From NCBI GenBank assembly GCA_035476755.1, contig DATILF010000333.1:992-64991 (forward strand): 64,000 bases of DNA. The letters are read 5' to 3'. This DNA is from Ramlibacter sp. Its GTDB lineage: Bacteria; Pseudomonadota; Gammaproteobacteria; Burkholderiales; Burkholderiaceae_C. A program made the translations under genes and the position numbers. Below the pieces are notes generated by a model. That model was not told where the DNA came from. It worked only from the letters and a program-made list of their open reading frames with translations, and did not search any database. The stretch's first letter is position 1; each line of letters starts with the position of its first letter. Positions 1-9,261 of this stretch are shown in pieces.

Positions 1-510
1 TACGCGCTCGGGGAGAACTCGTCCAATTCGGGTGCAACGAGCGACGACGGACGGTATGCCGGCGGGCGGATCGCGTACACCGAGGGAAAGCTGGTCGCGG
101 GCGCGGGCTACGGCCGCACCCAGTACGCGTCCGGCGATTACCACCAAAGCAACACCGGCGTCTCCTACGACTTTGCCGTGGTGAAGCTGAGCTTCCTGGT
201 GGGACGCGAGGAGCTGAAATCGCCCGCTAACACGCGCCAGACCCACTGGAGCGTTGGAGCCATCGTTCCGGCGGGCCACGGCGAAATCCGCGCGCAATAT
301 GTTCGCGTCAATGTAGCCGGCACTTCCAACGATGCGGACTCGGTGGCGCTGGGCTATGCCTATCCGTTCTCCAAGAGAACACTCGCGTACGCCACGTGGG
401 CCCGCGTGGACAACAAGGGCACTGGAACGTCCTTCAACAATGGCCGCGCGGTGACAACGCCCGGCGGCGCGTCCACCGGATACGAATTCGGTGTTCGCCA
501 CACGTTCTGA
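1..510 (+). CDS. Gram-negative porin (5'-truncated by window edge)
   Basis: Open frame from base 1 (YALGENSSNSGATSDDGRYAGG...) to TGA 510; C-terminal LGYAYPFSKRT...YEFGVRHTF with terminal Phe; paralogous to porin at 51404. Confidence 0.9.
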   Translation, partial: YALGENSSNSGATSDDGRYAGGRIAYTEGKLVAGAGYGRTQYASGDYHQSNTGVSYDFAVVKLSFLVGREELKSPANTRQTHWSVGAIVPAGHGEIRAQYVRVNVAGTSNDADSVALGYAYPFSKRTLAYATWARVDNKGTGTSFNNGRAVTTPGGASTGYEFGVRHTF

Positions 511-519
511 CGGAATTCC

Positions 520-1443
520 ATGACGCTCTCCCCGCAAGCATCCAAAACGAGTTCGCAGGCCTATCGGCCCGATGAACGAAACGATGAGGTGCTGGTCTAC
601 GTGAACGGCGCCTTCGTGCCGCGCGCCGACGCCAAGGTCTCTGTTTTCGACGCCGGCTATGTGTGCGGCGATGGCGTCTGGGAGGGGGTCCGCCTCGTAA
701 AGGGGAAGGTCGTCTCTTTCGACGCCCATATCGAACGGCTTTTCGAGGGCGCCGCGACCATCGCGATGGACATCGGCATGTCCAGGGAGCGGGTCAAGGG
801 CGTGATCATGGAAACGTTTGCTGCCAACGGGATGGTCGATGGCGCGCACGCCCGTCTGATGGTGACCCGAGGCGTGAAGAAAACGCCGAACCAGGATCCA
901 CGGTTCGTGATCGGCAGTGCGACGGTGGTCTGCATCGCCGAACACAAGGTAGTCACGGCCGAGTCGAAGCAGCGTGGCTTGAAGCTACATACGTCGGCGA
1001 TCCGATGCAGTTCTCCCGACGTGTTTGACCTGCGCTTGAACTCGCACAGCCGACTCAACTTCATCCAGGCGCTGATCCAGGCGATCAACGCGGGCGCGGA
1101 CGAGGCGATCATGCTCGATCCGCACGGGTTCGTTTCGAGCTGCAACTCGACCAACTTCTTCATCGTGCGAGACGGAGCGCTCTGGACTTCTTCAGGCCGC
1201 TACTGCTTCAACGGGATCACCCGCGCCACGGTGCTTCGCCTGGCAAGGCAAGCCGGCATTCCCGCGTTCGAGGGCGACTACACGCTGGCCGAGACCTACA
1301 CGGCGCAGGAGGCCTTCGTCACCGGGACGCTGGGCGGCATCACCCCGGTCTCGGCCATCGACGGCCGCAAGCTACTGACCGAAGGCGCGGGCGCCGTGAC
1401 GCGGCAACTCGGTGAACTCTATCAAGAATACATCTCGGCCTGA
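520..1443 (+). CDS. Aminotransferase class IV family protein (fold type IV; canonical PLP lysine not evident)
   Basis: VSVFDAGYVCGDGVWEGVR, NFFIV, GITRATV, EAFVTGT motifs; active-site segment reads DLRLNSHSRLN. Confidence 0.88.
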   Translation: MTLSPQASKTSSQAYRPDERNDEVLVYVNGAFVPRADAKVSVFDAGYVCGDGVWEGVRLVKGKVVSFDAHIERLFEGAATIAMDIGMSRERVKGVIMETFAANGMVDGAHARLMVTRGVKKTPNQDPRFVIGSATVVCIAEHKVVTAESKQRGLKLHTSAIRCSSPDVFDLRLNSHSRLNFIQALIQAINAGADEAIMLDPHGFVSSCNSTNFFIVRDGALWTSSGRYCFNGITRATVLRLARQAGIPAFEGDYTLAETYTAQEAFVTGTLGGITPVSAIDGRKLLTEGAGAVTRQLGELYQEYISA

Positions 1444-1448
1444 CCCAG

Positions 1449-2450
1449 ATGCCGGTCATGAATCACCCATCAAGGACATTCGGGCGGCGACGGATTCTCC
1501 AGCTCGGCGCGTCCTCCTTCGTTTACGCGTCCCCGCTCATCGCGACGGCCAGGGCCTTCCCCACCAAGCACATCCGTCTCATATCGCCGTATCCGGCAGG
1601 CGGCGCCGTCGATCAGGTGTCACGCGCCTTGAGTGACAGCCTGGCCGCGGAACTGCGCCAGCCGGTTGTCGCCGAAGCGCTGCCCGGCGCCGGCGGCTCG
1701 ATCGGCACGCAGGTCGTGGCGAAGTCGGACGCCGACGGCCATACCTGGCTTATGGCCACGCCTAGTCACATCGCGACGCCCTACTTGCAGCCCACCCCGT
1801 ACGACCCGGTTCGGGACTTCAAGGCGGCGGCGGTGGTCGGCAGCGGCCGGGCGGTGGCCGTCGTGCCCGCGACATCCTCCGCCCGCACGATGGCGGACTT
1901 GATACGGCTAGCCAAGGCTCGCCCGGGCGAGCTCAATTACCTCAATGCGGGAAATGGCAGCGTGGCCCACATGAGCACCGAGCTGTTCAAGCTCCACGCC
2001 AAAATCTCGATGCAAGCCGTCCTCTACAAAGGGCTACCCCCTGGCGTGCAGGACCTCGCCGCAGGCCGCCTCGACTTCGGCTTTGTCAGCCTGCAGGTCG
2101 CCCTACCGTTGATCACTGCCGGGCGCCTGCGTGCGATCGCCATCTCGACGCCTGTGCGGCAACCGGACTTGCCGGAGGTGATGACCCTGGATGAACAGGG
2201 CTTCGCAACCTCGTACATCCCCGGATGGTTCATGGTCTGTGTGCCCGCCGCGACGCCAAGGCTGGTGATCGATCGGATCAACGCGGCAGTCAACAAGTCC
2301 GTTGCCGCGGCCGATGTCCGGAAAAATCTCGCGACCGCGTTTGTCACGCCAGCCTTGCGGCAGACACCCGAACAGTGCCAGAGCCTCCTGTTGCGCGACC
2401 ACCAGCGCATCGGCGTAATCATCAAGGAAGCCAAGATCAAGGCGAGCTGA
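1449..2450 (+). CDS. Bug/TctC tripartite tricarboxylate transporter substrate-binding protein, Tat-like signal
   Basis: FPTKHIRLISPYPAGGAVD, PGAGGSIG, ADGHT motifs; GRRRIL N-terminus. Confidence 0.9.
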   Translation: MPVMNHPSRTFGRRRILQLGASSFVYASPLIATARAFPTKHIRLISPYPAGGAVDQVSRALSDSLAAELRQPVVAEALPGAGGSIGTQVVAKSDADGHTWLMATPSHIATPYLQPTPYDPVRDFKAAAVVGSGRAVAVVPATSSARTMADLIRLAKARPGELNYLNAGNGSVAHMSTELFKLHAKISMQAVLYKGLPPGVQDLAAGRLDFGFVSLQVALPLITAGRLRAIAISTPVRQPDLPEVMTLDEQGFATSYIPGWFMVCVPAATPRLVIDRINAAVNKSVAAADVRKNLATAFVTPALRQTPEQCQSLLLRDHQRIGVIIKEAKIKAS

Positions 2451-2461
2451 ATGGAACGCTC

Positions 2462-2875
2462 ATGAGCATCGAGAAAATCCAAGTGGGCAACGCGCTTGAC
2501 GTGAACAAGCGCGGAACCACCAGCGTTCCAGCGGCGGCAGCCAACGGGCTTGTCTACACGTACGGCATCACGGCGATCGATCCCCAAAAGGGCGGCGTGA
2601 TCGCCGGCGATATCGAAACCCAGACCCGCCGGGTGCTCGACAACCTGCAAATGGCCCTGCAAGCAGCAGGCTCAAGCCTTTCGCAGGCCGTCTACACGAC
2701 GGTCTACCTGCGCGACATCCGGGGAGATTACGCCGGGTTCAACAAGGCCTACGACGATTACTTCGGATCGAATCCCATCCCGCGAACCGTCGTTCAAGCC
2801 GTCATCAGGTCGCCGGATGCGCGGGTCCAGATCCAGATCGTGGCGCTTCAAGGCGCCGGGAAGGGCGGTCAGTGA
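2462..2875 (+). CDS. RidA/YjgF/YER057c family protein
   Basis: [33 protein letters not shown]; start taken at ATG 2462 just after Bug stop. Confidence 0.88.
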   Translation: MSIEKIQVGNALDVNKRGTTSVPAAAANGLVYTYGITAIDPQKGGVIAGDIETQTRRVLDNLQMALQAAGSSLSQAVYTTVYLRDIRGDYAGFNKAYDDYFGSNPIPRTVVQAVIRSPDARVQIQIVALQGAGKGGQ

Positions 2876-2922
2876 CTTTGGGGGATGTCGGGCGCTGCAA
2901 CCTGCGCGGCCGCTGACGACAG
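2869..2922 (-). pseudogene. 3'-terminal remnant (17 codons + stop) of a LuxR-type regulator paralogous to 12246-13397
   Basis: 2888-2922 matches 12265-12299 at 33/35 nt; minus strand reads [17 protein letters not shown] versus [17 protein letters not shown]. Confidence 0.8.
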
Positions 2923-3106
2923 GTGGCCTTGGATACGTCCCCACCTTGTGGAAACAAGTCGCTCACCACCATTTCCAGCGTCGCACGACGGCGTGGATTC
3001 AACCGAAGATCGATGCCCCGATGACCGTCACGTCGTGGCCGCTTCGGGCTAGATAGTAGGCGCTGGTCACGCCGACGACGCCTGCGCCCAGTACAAGGAT
3101 GCGCAT
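2922..3106 (-). pseudogene. dadA: D-amino acid dehydrogenase remnant (N-terminal fragment joined out of frame to an internal C-terminal fragment)
   Basis: [29 protein letters not shown] (FAD-binding start, 3106-3020) followed by [32 protein letters not shown] (3017-2922), the DadA segment that precedes FWTGLRP. Confidence 0.88.
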
Positions 3107-3110
3107 GACG

Positions 3111-4406
3111 CTAGCTCGCCTCGACCGACATGGCCAGACTGATCTGGCGCGTGATGTGAAGGAAGCGGTCGACATCGGCCACGGAATTGCAGTGCAAAGG
3201 CGAAACCCGGATGGCACCTTCCAGATCGAACGATTCGAGCATCCGCTTCGAATACAGACTTGAGGACACTCGTTCGTAGACGATGACGCCGCGCTTTTCA
3301 TACTCGCGAACGGCTTGGGCATGCTCCAGGTTGTCGATGCCGATGGCGAGGATCAGATCTCGCTTGGTCAAATCCTCGTAGTCGAGGAAGACTTTGATGC
3401 CATCGAGGTGCCGCAGCCCCGAGCGGCCGTCGCTGCCGTTCAACATGCGCGCCAGAAGTGCCCGCTCGTGCAACTCGATCCTCTCGATGCCGCAGACGAA
3501 GAGTTCGCGCCGATCGGCGCTGCCGGTGAACTGGCTGCCGATCCAGCACACGTAATTCACGATCTCGGTCACCACGCCGAACTGCGCCGGTGCCGAGCTG
3601 CCCAGGTCCCAGAAATCAACATTTTTGGCTGCCAGCTTGTGATGAGGGAGCCGCGCAGCGCGGTCCGACAACCAAGACATGCCAGATCCTCGGCAACCGA
3701 AGAACTTGTAGGGCGCGATGTTGATGCCGTCCACCGGCGTTTTCTGCAGGTCAATCAAACCGTGTGGCGCATGCTGCACCGCGTCCACAACGATGTAGAT
3801 GTCGGGCTTGATGGCCCGTGCCTGCTTGACGATTTCTTGAATGTCGAGCTTGGCACCCGAGATGTTGGATGCATAGATCACACTCAGGAGCGTCGTGTCC
3901 TGATCGATCAAGCCGACGATGTCGGCCACATCGACGCCACCGGTCACAGGGTTGGACTTGGCGACGCGCAGTTCTTTGTCAAGCCGCTGGGCGTAAAGTG
4001 TCAACGCATCGAACGACGAAGGATGTTCGAGCGTCGTGGTCACCATGTTCGTGCCGGGAATGTTCTCGGCCACCGCCCGCACCATGTCAAACATGCCACC
4101 CGAGGCTGTCAGCGATGCGTACACGCTGCCGCCCTGAGCATTGAGGATTGTGCGCACGTCAGCCGTTCCATCGGCCTGGACCTTCTGGAGCAATCGCGAC
4201 ATTTCGTGAATGCGTTCGGGGCAGTCGGGCAACGCGTCGATCTGGGCGAAGCGTTCGACGGCCGACTTGAGCCGGAACGACCCGCCCGCGTTGTCGAAAA
4301 ACAGACGCTCGCGACCGTTCATGTCGCGATCGACATAGTGGAAGCGGTCCTTGATCTCGCGGGTCAACGCTTCGGGAAAGAGAATGCCTTGATCGTTGTT
4401 CATCAC
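3111..4406 (-). CDS. Aminotransferase class V / cysteine desulfurase-like PLP enzyme
   Basis: [29 protein letters not shown] (PLP Lys), IRVSPLHCN. Confidence 0.88.
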   Translation of the reverse strand: MMNNDQGILFPEALTREIKDRFHYVDRDMNGRERLFFDNAGGSFRLKSAVERFAQIDALPDCPERIHEMSRLLQKVQADGTADVRTILNAQGGSVYASLTASGGMFDMVRAVAENIPGTNMVTTTLEHPSSFDALTLYAQRLDKELRVAKSNPVTGGVDVADIVGLIDQDTTLLSVIYASNISGAKLDIQEIVKQARAIKPDIYIVVDAVQHAPHGLIDLQKTPVDGINIAPYKFFGCRGSGMSWLSDRAARLPHHKLAAKNVDFWDLGSSAPAQFGVVTEIVNYVCWIGSQFTGSADRRELFVCGIERIELHERALLARMLNGSDGRSGLRHLDGIKVFLDYEDLTKRDLILAIGIDNLEHAQAVREYEKRGVIVYERVSSSLYSKRMLESFDLEGAIRVSPLHCNSVADVDRFLHITRQISLAMSVEAS

Positions 4407-4431
4407 AATGGTTTCTGGGGTTTGTATTGAT

Positions 4432-5163
4432 TCAGTGGGAGCGCAGATCTGACAAGAACTTCTGCGCCCGCTCGCTCTTCGGCCGGCTGAAAAAATTTTC
4501 GGGAGTGTCGGTCTCGACCAAACGGCCTGCGTCCATGAACCACACCTTGTCGGCCACTTCCCGTGCGAAGTTCATCTCGTGGGTGACGCACATCATGGTC
4601 ATGCCCTCGCGCGCCAGGCTCTTCATCACTTGCAACACTTCGCCCACCATCTCCGGGTCGAGCGCACTGGTCGGTTCGTCGAAGAGCATGGCCGGCGGGT
4701 CCATGGCCAAGGCCCGCGCGATGGCCACGCGCTGCTGCTGGCCGCCGGAGAGCTGGCCCGGGTACGAGCCCGCCTTGGCGGCAAGGCCGACGCGCTCGAG
4801 CAACTCGCTTGCCCGCTGTCGCGCCTGCGTCTTGCTCTTCCCAAGCACGTTCGTGGGGGCCAGCATGATGTTCTCGGCCACCGACAGGTGCGGGAACAGG
4901 TTGAAGCTCTGGAACACAAAGCCGACGTGGCTGCGAAACTTGTTCAAGTCGAGCTTTGGAGCATGAACGTCTTGTCCGTTGAACTCGATCCTGCCGCCCT
5001 GAATTTCCTCCAGTCGATTCACAGTTCGGATCAGCGTGGACTTGCCGGAGCCCGAGGGCCCGCAAACCACGACGACCTCCCCCTTGGCGACATCCGCGGT
5101 GATATCGGTCAGCGCCTGGAAGGTGGAGCCATACCACTTGTTGACGGCATTGAAGACGATCAT
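4432..5163 (-). CDS. Polar amino acid ABC transporter ATP-binding protein (GlnQ-like)
   Basis: GPSGSGKS Walker [27 protein letters not shown]; start could be ~36 nt further upstream. Confidence 0.93.
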   Translation of the reverse strand: MIVFNAVNKWYGSTFQALTDITADVAKGEVVVVCGPSGSGKSTLIRTVNRLEEIQGGRIEFNGQDVHAPKLDLNKFRSHVGFVFQSFNLFPHLSVAENIMLAPTNVLGKSKTQARQRASELLERVGLAAKAGSYPGQLSGGQQQRVAIARALAMDPPAMLFDEPTSALDPEMVGEVLQVMKSLAREGMTMMCVTHEMNFAREVADKVWFMDAGRLVETDTPENFFSRPKSERAQKFLSDLRSH

Positions 5164-5227
5164 CTTCTTGCCGCCCTCGGGAGGAGAGGTCTTTTCCATG
5201 ATGAACCTTTGTGAAAGCGAAGGAGCG

Positions 5228-5983
5228 TTACTCGACCGGCTGGAGCACCGCTGTCGCGGATGCCGGGGTTCGCGGCGCAACATCTTGATGGCCCGCTCGT
5301 TTTCTGGCGATGCGGCGCTCGAGGTGGCGAGCCAATTGGGTCAAGGAGAAGCAGACGAGGAAATAGATACCCGCAAGGAGGATGAACACCTGGAACGGCT
5401 TTGTGAGCAAGGTGTTGTTGACCTGGTTCGCGGCGAATGTCAGTTCGTTGACGCTGATGACGTAACCCAACGAGGTTTCCTTGATGGTCGAGACGAACTG
5501 GCTGACCATGGCCGGCACCATGTTGTAGAGCGCCTGGGGCAACACCACCTTGAAGGTCGTCTGCATGTAACTCAGGCCCAGTGCGCGTGAAGCTTCCGTC
5601 TGCCCCCGTGAAAGCCCCTCGATGCCAGCGCGGATCACTTCCGCGAGGTATGCCGCCTGATAGATGACCAGTGTGACGACCATCGTCGTGAAGCCACTTA
5701 CCGTGTGTCCGGTCAACGCGGGCAGGAAGAAGTAGACCCAGAAGATGAACATGATGAGCGGCACGCCACGCACCACGTAGACCACCGCCGTGGCCGGGGC
5801 CCGCAACCAGCCGATCGGGCTGACCCGGGCCAGGGCCAGAACCACCCCAAGGGGGAAGGCCAGCGCCAAGCCGAGGACGGACAGCAGCAGCGTGATCGCG
5901 AGCCCGCCCAACGGGCCGTTTGGATATTGCCCGATCAGCAGCAACGTCCAGTTGTCACGCAGAATGTTCAGGATATCGCTCAT
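5228..5983 (-). CDS. Polar amino acid ABC transporter permease
   Basis: [30 protein letters not shown]. Confidence 0.92.
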   Translation of the reverse strand: MSDILNILRDNWTLLLIGQYPNGPLGGLAITLLLSVLGLALAFPLGVVLALARVSPIGWLRAPATAVVYVVRGVPLIMFIFWVYFFLPALTGHTVSGFTTMVVTLVIYQAAYLAEVIRAGIEGLSRGQTEASRALGLSYMQTTFKVVLPQALYNMVPAMVSQFVSTIKETSLGYVISVNELTFAANQVNNTLLTKPFQVFILLAGIYFLVCFSLTQLARHLERRIARKRAGHQDVAPRTPASATAVLQPVE

Positions 5984-5986
5984 GGC

Positions 5987-6685
5987 TTACCTCGCCTGAA
6001 TGCGCAAGCGACGTTCCACCATTTCGCCGGCGGTCATGATCAGCAGCGAGATGCCTAAGTACGCAGCGGTCGCCATCAGGTACACCTCGACGGTGCGAAA
6101 CGACTGACTCTCGATCTCGCGAGTCGCGTAGGTCAGTTCCGCAACGCCGATCGTCATGGCGAGGCTGGTGTTCTTGAAGAGCAATACCGTGTGGCTGACC
6201 AGGGTCGGCATGGCAGTTCGGATCGCCTGTGGAAGCACCACCAGCCGGCTGGCCTTCAGGTATGACAGCCCGAGGGCTCGGGCCGCTTCGATCTGCGACT
6301 TGGGGATCGAGCGGATGCCCCCGCGAAGGTCTTCCGATATGTAGGCCCCCATGGCCAGGCCGACCGCGATGAAAGCGAAGACGAATTCGCTGTGGTGGGC
6401 GTTGAGCCACTGCTGCCACGCGCCTGGAAGCAGCGTTGCCACGCCAAAGTACCAGAGGAAGATCTGAACCAGCATCGGTACGTTCTGGTGGTATTCGACG
6501 TAAGCGGCGACGAAGCCCTGAGCGACGCGACTGCTGGTCATTCGCACCACCGCGAGCACGATGCCGACGACCATCGCCAGAATCCACGCGAGCAACGTGA
6601 GTTCGAACATGGTCACCATGCCGTCCAAGATCATCTTCAGATACTCGGGGCGCATCAGGACCGAGAAGTCCAGTCTGGCGTTCAT
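5987..6685 (-). CDS. Polar amino acid ABC transporter permease
   Basis: NVPMLVQ, AYISEDLRGGI, EAARALGL, KNTSL. Confidence 0.92.
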   Translation of the reverse strand: MNARLDFSVLMRPEYLKMILDGMVTMFELTLLAWILAMVVGIVLAVVRMTSSRVAQGFVAAYVEYHQNVPMLVQIFLWYFGVATLLPGAWQQWLNAHHSEFVFAFIAVGLAMGAYISEDLRGGIRSIPKSQIEAARALGLSYLKASRLVVLPQAIRTAMPTLVSHTVLLFKNTSLAMTIGVAELTYATREIESQSFRTVEVYLMATAAYLGISLLIMTAGEMVERRLRIQAR

Positions 6686-6736
6686 GAAGCTGTGATCGGT
6701 TGAGTGATCGCGGCAAATGGGGCGCTGCGCTGCCCG

Positions 6737-7549
6737 TCAGCCTTTGATCGGCTCGATCTTGAAGCTGCGCGGCATTTTGAAGATGGTGCTCATGCCCATC
6801 CACTTGTCATAGATCTGCGCCGCCTCACCCGACTTCTCCATGGATTCCAACATGCCATTGACGTGCTTGATCAGCGCCGTCTCGCCCTTTCGCATGCCAA
6901 CGCCCCACGGTTCCAACAGCAGCGACGGTTCGAGGATCACGACCGGCGACGACGCCTCGGACTGCTGCTTAAACTTGACGAGAGCGAGCTCGGACAACAC
7001 GAAGCCTTCGACCTTGCCTTGTTGCATCGCCAAGAAACCGCTTGGCGGGTCCTGGAAGGTGACCGTGGTTGCGGTCGGCAATGCCTTGCGTACCGCCAAC
7101 TCCGAGCTGGATCCCTTGGTGGCGCTCACGCGCTTGCCGGCCAGATCCTTGACGCTGGTGAAGCCGCTTTCTTTTCGGGCGGCAATCTTTTGCTGACTGG
7201 CGAAATATTGATCGCTGAAGGCGATCTGCTCGGCGCGCTCGGGCGACCAGCCGAGATTGGCGATGACGACATCGACTCGCCCCTGCTGCAGCTCGGGAAT
7301 GCGTGCGGCGACGGCGATCGGCTTGAGATCGAGCTTCACGCCGAGCGACTTGGCCACAGCCTTGCAGAAATCAACGTCATAGCCCTGGATCTCGCGAGTC
7401 TGCGGATCCGGGAAGCTGAAGGGCTCCGAGGTGCCGAGCGTGCCGCAGGTCAAGACACCCTTCGCCTTGATGTCGGCAAGCTGGTCAGCACAAGCTGAGC
7501 CGGCTGCAAGGGTCAAGGCGCAAGTAACGAAGGCGATTCTGGCGTTCAT
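6737..7549 (-). CDS. Amino acid ABC transporter substrate-binding protein (family 3)
   Basis: Signal peptide; GYDVDFCKAVA, RIPELQQGRVD, ERAEQIAFS. Confidence 0.92.
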   Translation of the reverse strand: MNARIAFVTCALTLAAGSACADQLADIKAKGVLTCGTLGTSEPFSFPDPQTREIQGYDVDFCKAVAKSLGVKLDLKPIAVAARIPELQQGRVDVVIANLGWSPERAEQIAFSDQYFASQQKIAARKESGFTSVKDLAGKRVSATKGSSSELAVRKALPTATTVTFQDPPSGFLAMQQGKVEGFVLSELALVKFKQQSEASSPVVILEPSLLLEPWGVGMRKGETALIKHVNGMLESMEKSGEAAQIYDKWMGMSTIFKMPRSFKIEPIKG

Positions 7550-7617
7550 GGTGGTCTTTCAGAGTTCGGTGGCCGGGGTGGGGGTGCGTGATGTCCAAAT
7601 TCTGGGCGAGCAGTAAA

Positions 7618-7665
7618 ATTAAAAAAAGCGATATTTGGGCATAAAAATCCATCGAAAAAAGCGAT
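7618..7665. promoter_or_regulatory. Putative LysR binding sites in divergent promoter
   Basis: ATCG-N7-CGAT palindrome at 7651-7665 and a related copy (ATTAAAAAAAGCGAT) at 7618-7632, 33 bp apart. Confidence 0.6.
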
Positions 7666-7700
7666 GCCGTCAGGGTTAACGTGAATAAGGTGAATCCACC

Positions 7701-8624
7701 ATGACGTTCAAGCAGCTCGAGGCTCTGTACTGGATTGCGCAGTTGGGGGGGTTTTCCGCCGCCGCCCTCAAACTTCACACCACACAGTCAGCCGTATCGA
7801 AAAGGGTGCAGGAGTTGGAACTGCTGTTCGATACGGAGTTGTTCGACCGCAGTCAGCGCAGCGCGCGTCTCACGGAAAAGGGGGAGGAAATGTTCGTGCT
7901 GGCCAAGAAGCTGCTCGAACAGCGTGACGCGGCCATTGAGCAATTCAGCCGGCCCGAGGTGATCGAACGGCGCGTACGGATCAGCGTCACTGAAATGACC
8001 GCGTTGACCTGGTTGCCGCAGCTGGTGAATCTGATTCAGCGCTACTACCCCAAGGTCGTCATCGAGCCCGATGTAGACAACGCCATCAGTCTGAGGGACA
8101 AGCTGCTAGCCGACGAGGTTGACCTTATCGTCCTGCCTGACGCGTTTGAGGACACGCGCTTCTCTTCGAAAGTACTCGGCAGCGTGGAATACGCGTGGAT
8201 GTGCAAGCCCGGCATGCTCGACTCAAGCAAGCGCTTGCGGGTTCACGAACTGGCGACCCATCGACTACTGGTGCAGGGGGAAAAGTCAGGCACCGGGCTT
8301 CTTTACGCACGCTGGTTCAAGGCGCTCGGGTTCCAGCCCGCGAGTGTCATCACCAGTAGCAATCTGGTTGCACTCATCGGCATGACGGTTTCGGGGTTGG
8401 GCGTTAGCTACCTTCCCCGGCAGTGTCTCGACCCGCTGGTTGCCGCAGGCATGCTCGACGTGATCAAGACTACCCCCGCCCCGCCTGCTGTGACCTATGT
8501 TGCCCTACACAAAGGAGGGCAACGAAGTACGCTCGTCTCTTCAATCATCCTGATGGCCCAGGAGTGCTGTGACTTCACGCGCATGCTTCAAACTTCCAAG
8601 ATTGCGCCAGGCGCGGGGATCTAG
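7701..8624 (+). CDS. LysR family transcriptional regulator
   Basis: N-terminal HTH GFSAAALKLHTTQSAVSKRVQELE; divergent from ABC operon. Confidence 0.93.
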   Translation: MTFKQLEALYWIAQLGGFSAAALKLHTTQSAVSKRVQELELLFDTELFDRSQRSARLTEKGEEMFVLAKKLLEQRDAAIEQFSRPEVIERRVRISVTEMTALTWLPQLVNLIQRYYPKVVIEPDVDNAISLRDKLLADEVDLIVLPDAFEDTRFSSKVLGSVEYAWMCKPGMLDSSKRLRVHELATHRLLVQGEKSGTGLLYARWFKALGFQPASVITSSNLVALIGMTVSGLGVSYLPRQCLDPLVAAGMLDVIKTTPAPPAVTYVALHKGGQRSTLVSSIILMAQECCDFTRMLQTSKIAPGAGI

Positions 8625-8640
8625 TTTCGCCTGAAAACGC

Positions 8641-9045
8641 TCAGCGATCGCCAGTCGCAACCAAGTCAGGATTCAGCGCCCGGATGCGCTCGTCCGTGTA
8701 GTAACCGCCGTACTCCGTGTATCGCAGGAAGGGGCGCCCACACGCCGCGCACGCCCAGACGTCGCAGCGGTTGTAGGGAAACCAGGCCGGCGCGATGGGC
8801 GCATCGGCTGACCATCCGTGGGTTCCGGCCGGGTGATACTCCGCGACTGTGGGTTCTTCGTTCTCGGAGTTCTTCAGAGTGCCAACGCACCGCAGCAGTG
8901 CCCGGTCGAAGCCGCCGGGCAGAGACTCCCAGCCAGCACAGACGAGTGCGTTGCAATCGTCGCATGGCGGCCCACCTTGGGCGCTTTGGCCCAGCGCGAG
9001 GAGGTCGTCGACCGTCAGTAGGGGAACTCGTGGATGGTCAGGCAT
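8641..9045 (-). CDS. Hypothetical Cys-rich protein (possible zinc-binding)
   Basis: 134 aa ORF filling the gap; CDDC and CAAC motifs; PYNRCDVWACAACGRPFLRYTEYGGYY. Confidence 0.6.
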   Translation of the reverse strand: MPDHPRVPLLTVDDLLALGQSAQGGPPCDDCNALVCAGWESLPGGFDRALLRCVGTLKNSENEEPTVAEYHPAGTHGWSADAPIAPAWFPYNRCDVWACAACGRPFLRYTEYGGYYTDERIRALNPDLVATGDR

Positions 9046-9261
9046 TCTGTGTGTTTGGGAAAGCGGTGCAAAAGTACATGGTCGCGAGCGCGCCTACTCT
9101 GTCAGCCAACCACACCGGCCAACACATTGCCGCCCCAAGCTGACACATTTTGCCATCCCCGCTGAGTCTTTCAGCCATTGTGCCCGGCACGCGCGCGTCG
9201 GGATACTTGCGGAGCCCGCACACCACTCGGGGCATCAGCAAAACGAAGGAGACATTGCGCG

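Noticed and set aside
9183-9212. Sigma-54 promoter upstream of the DUF6351 gene
   Set aside because: GGCAC and TTGC are present but not at -24/-12 spacing
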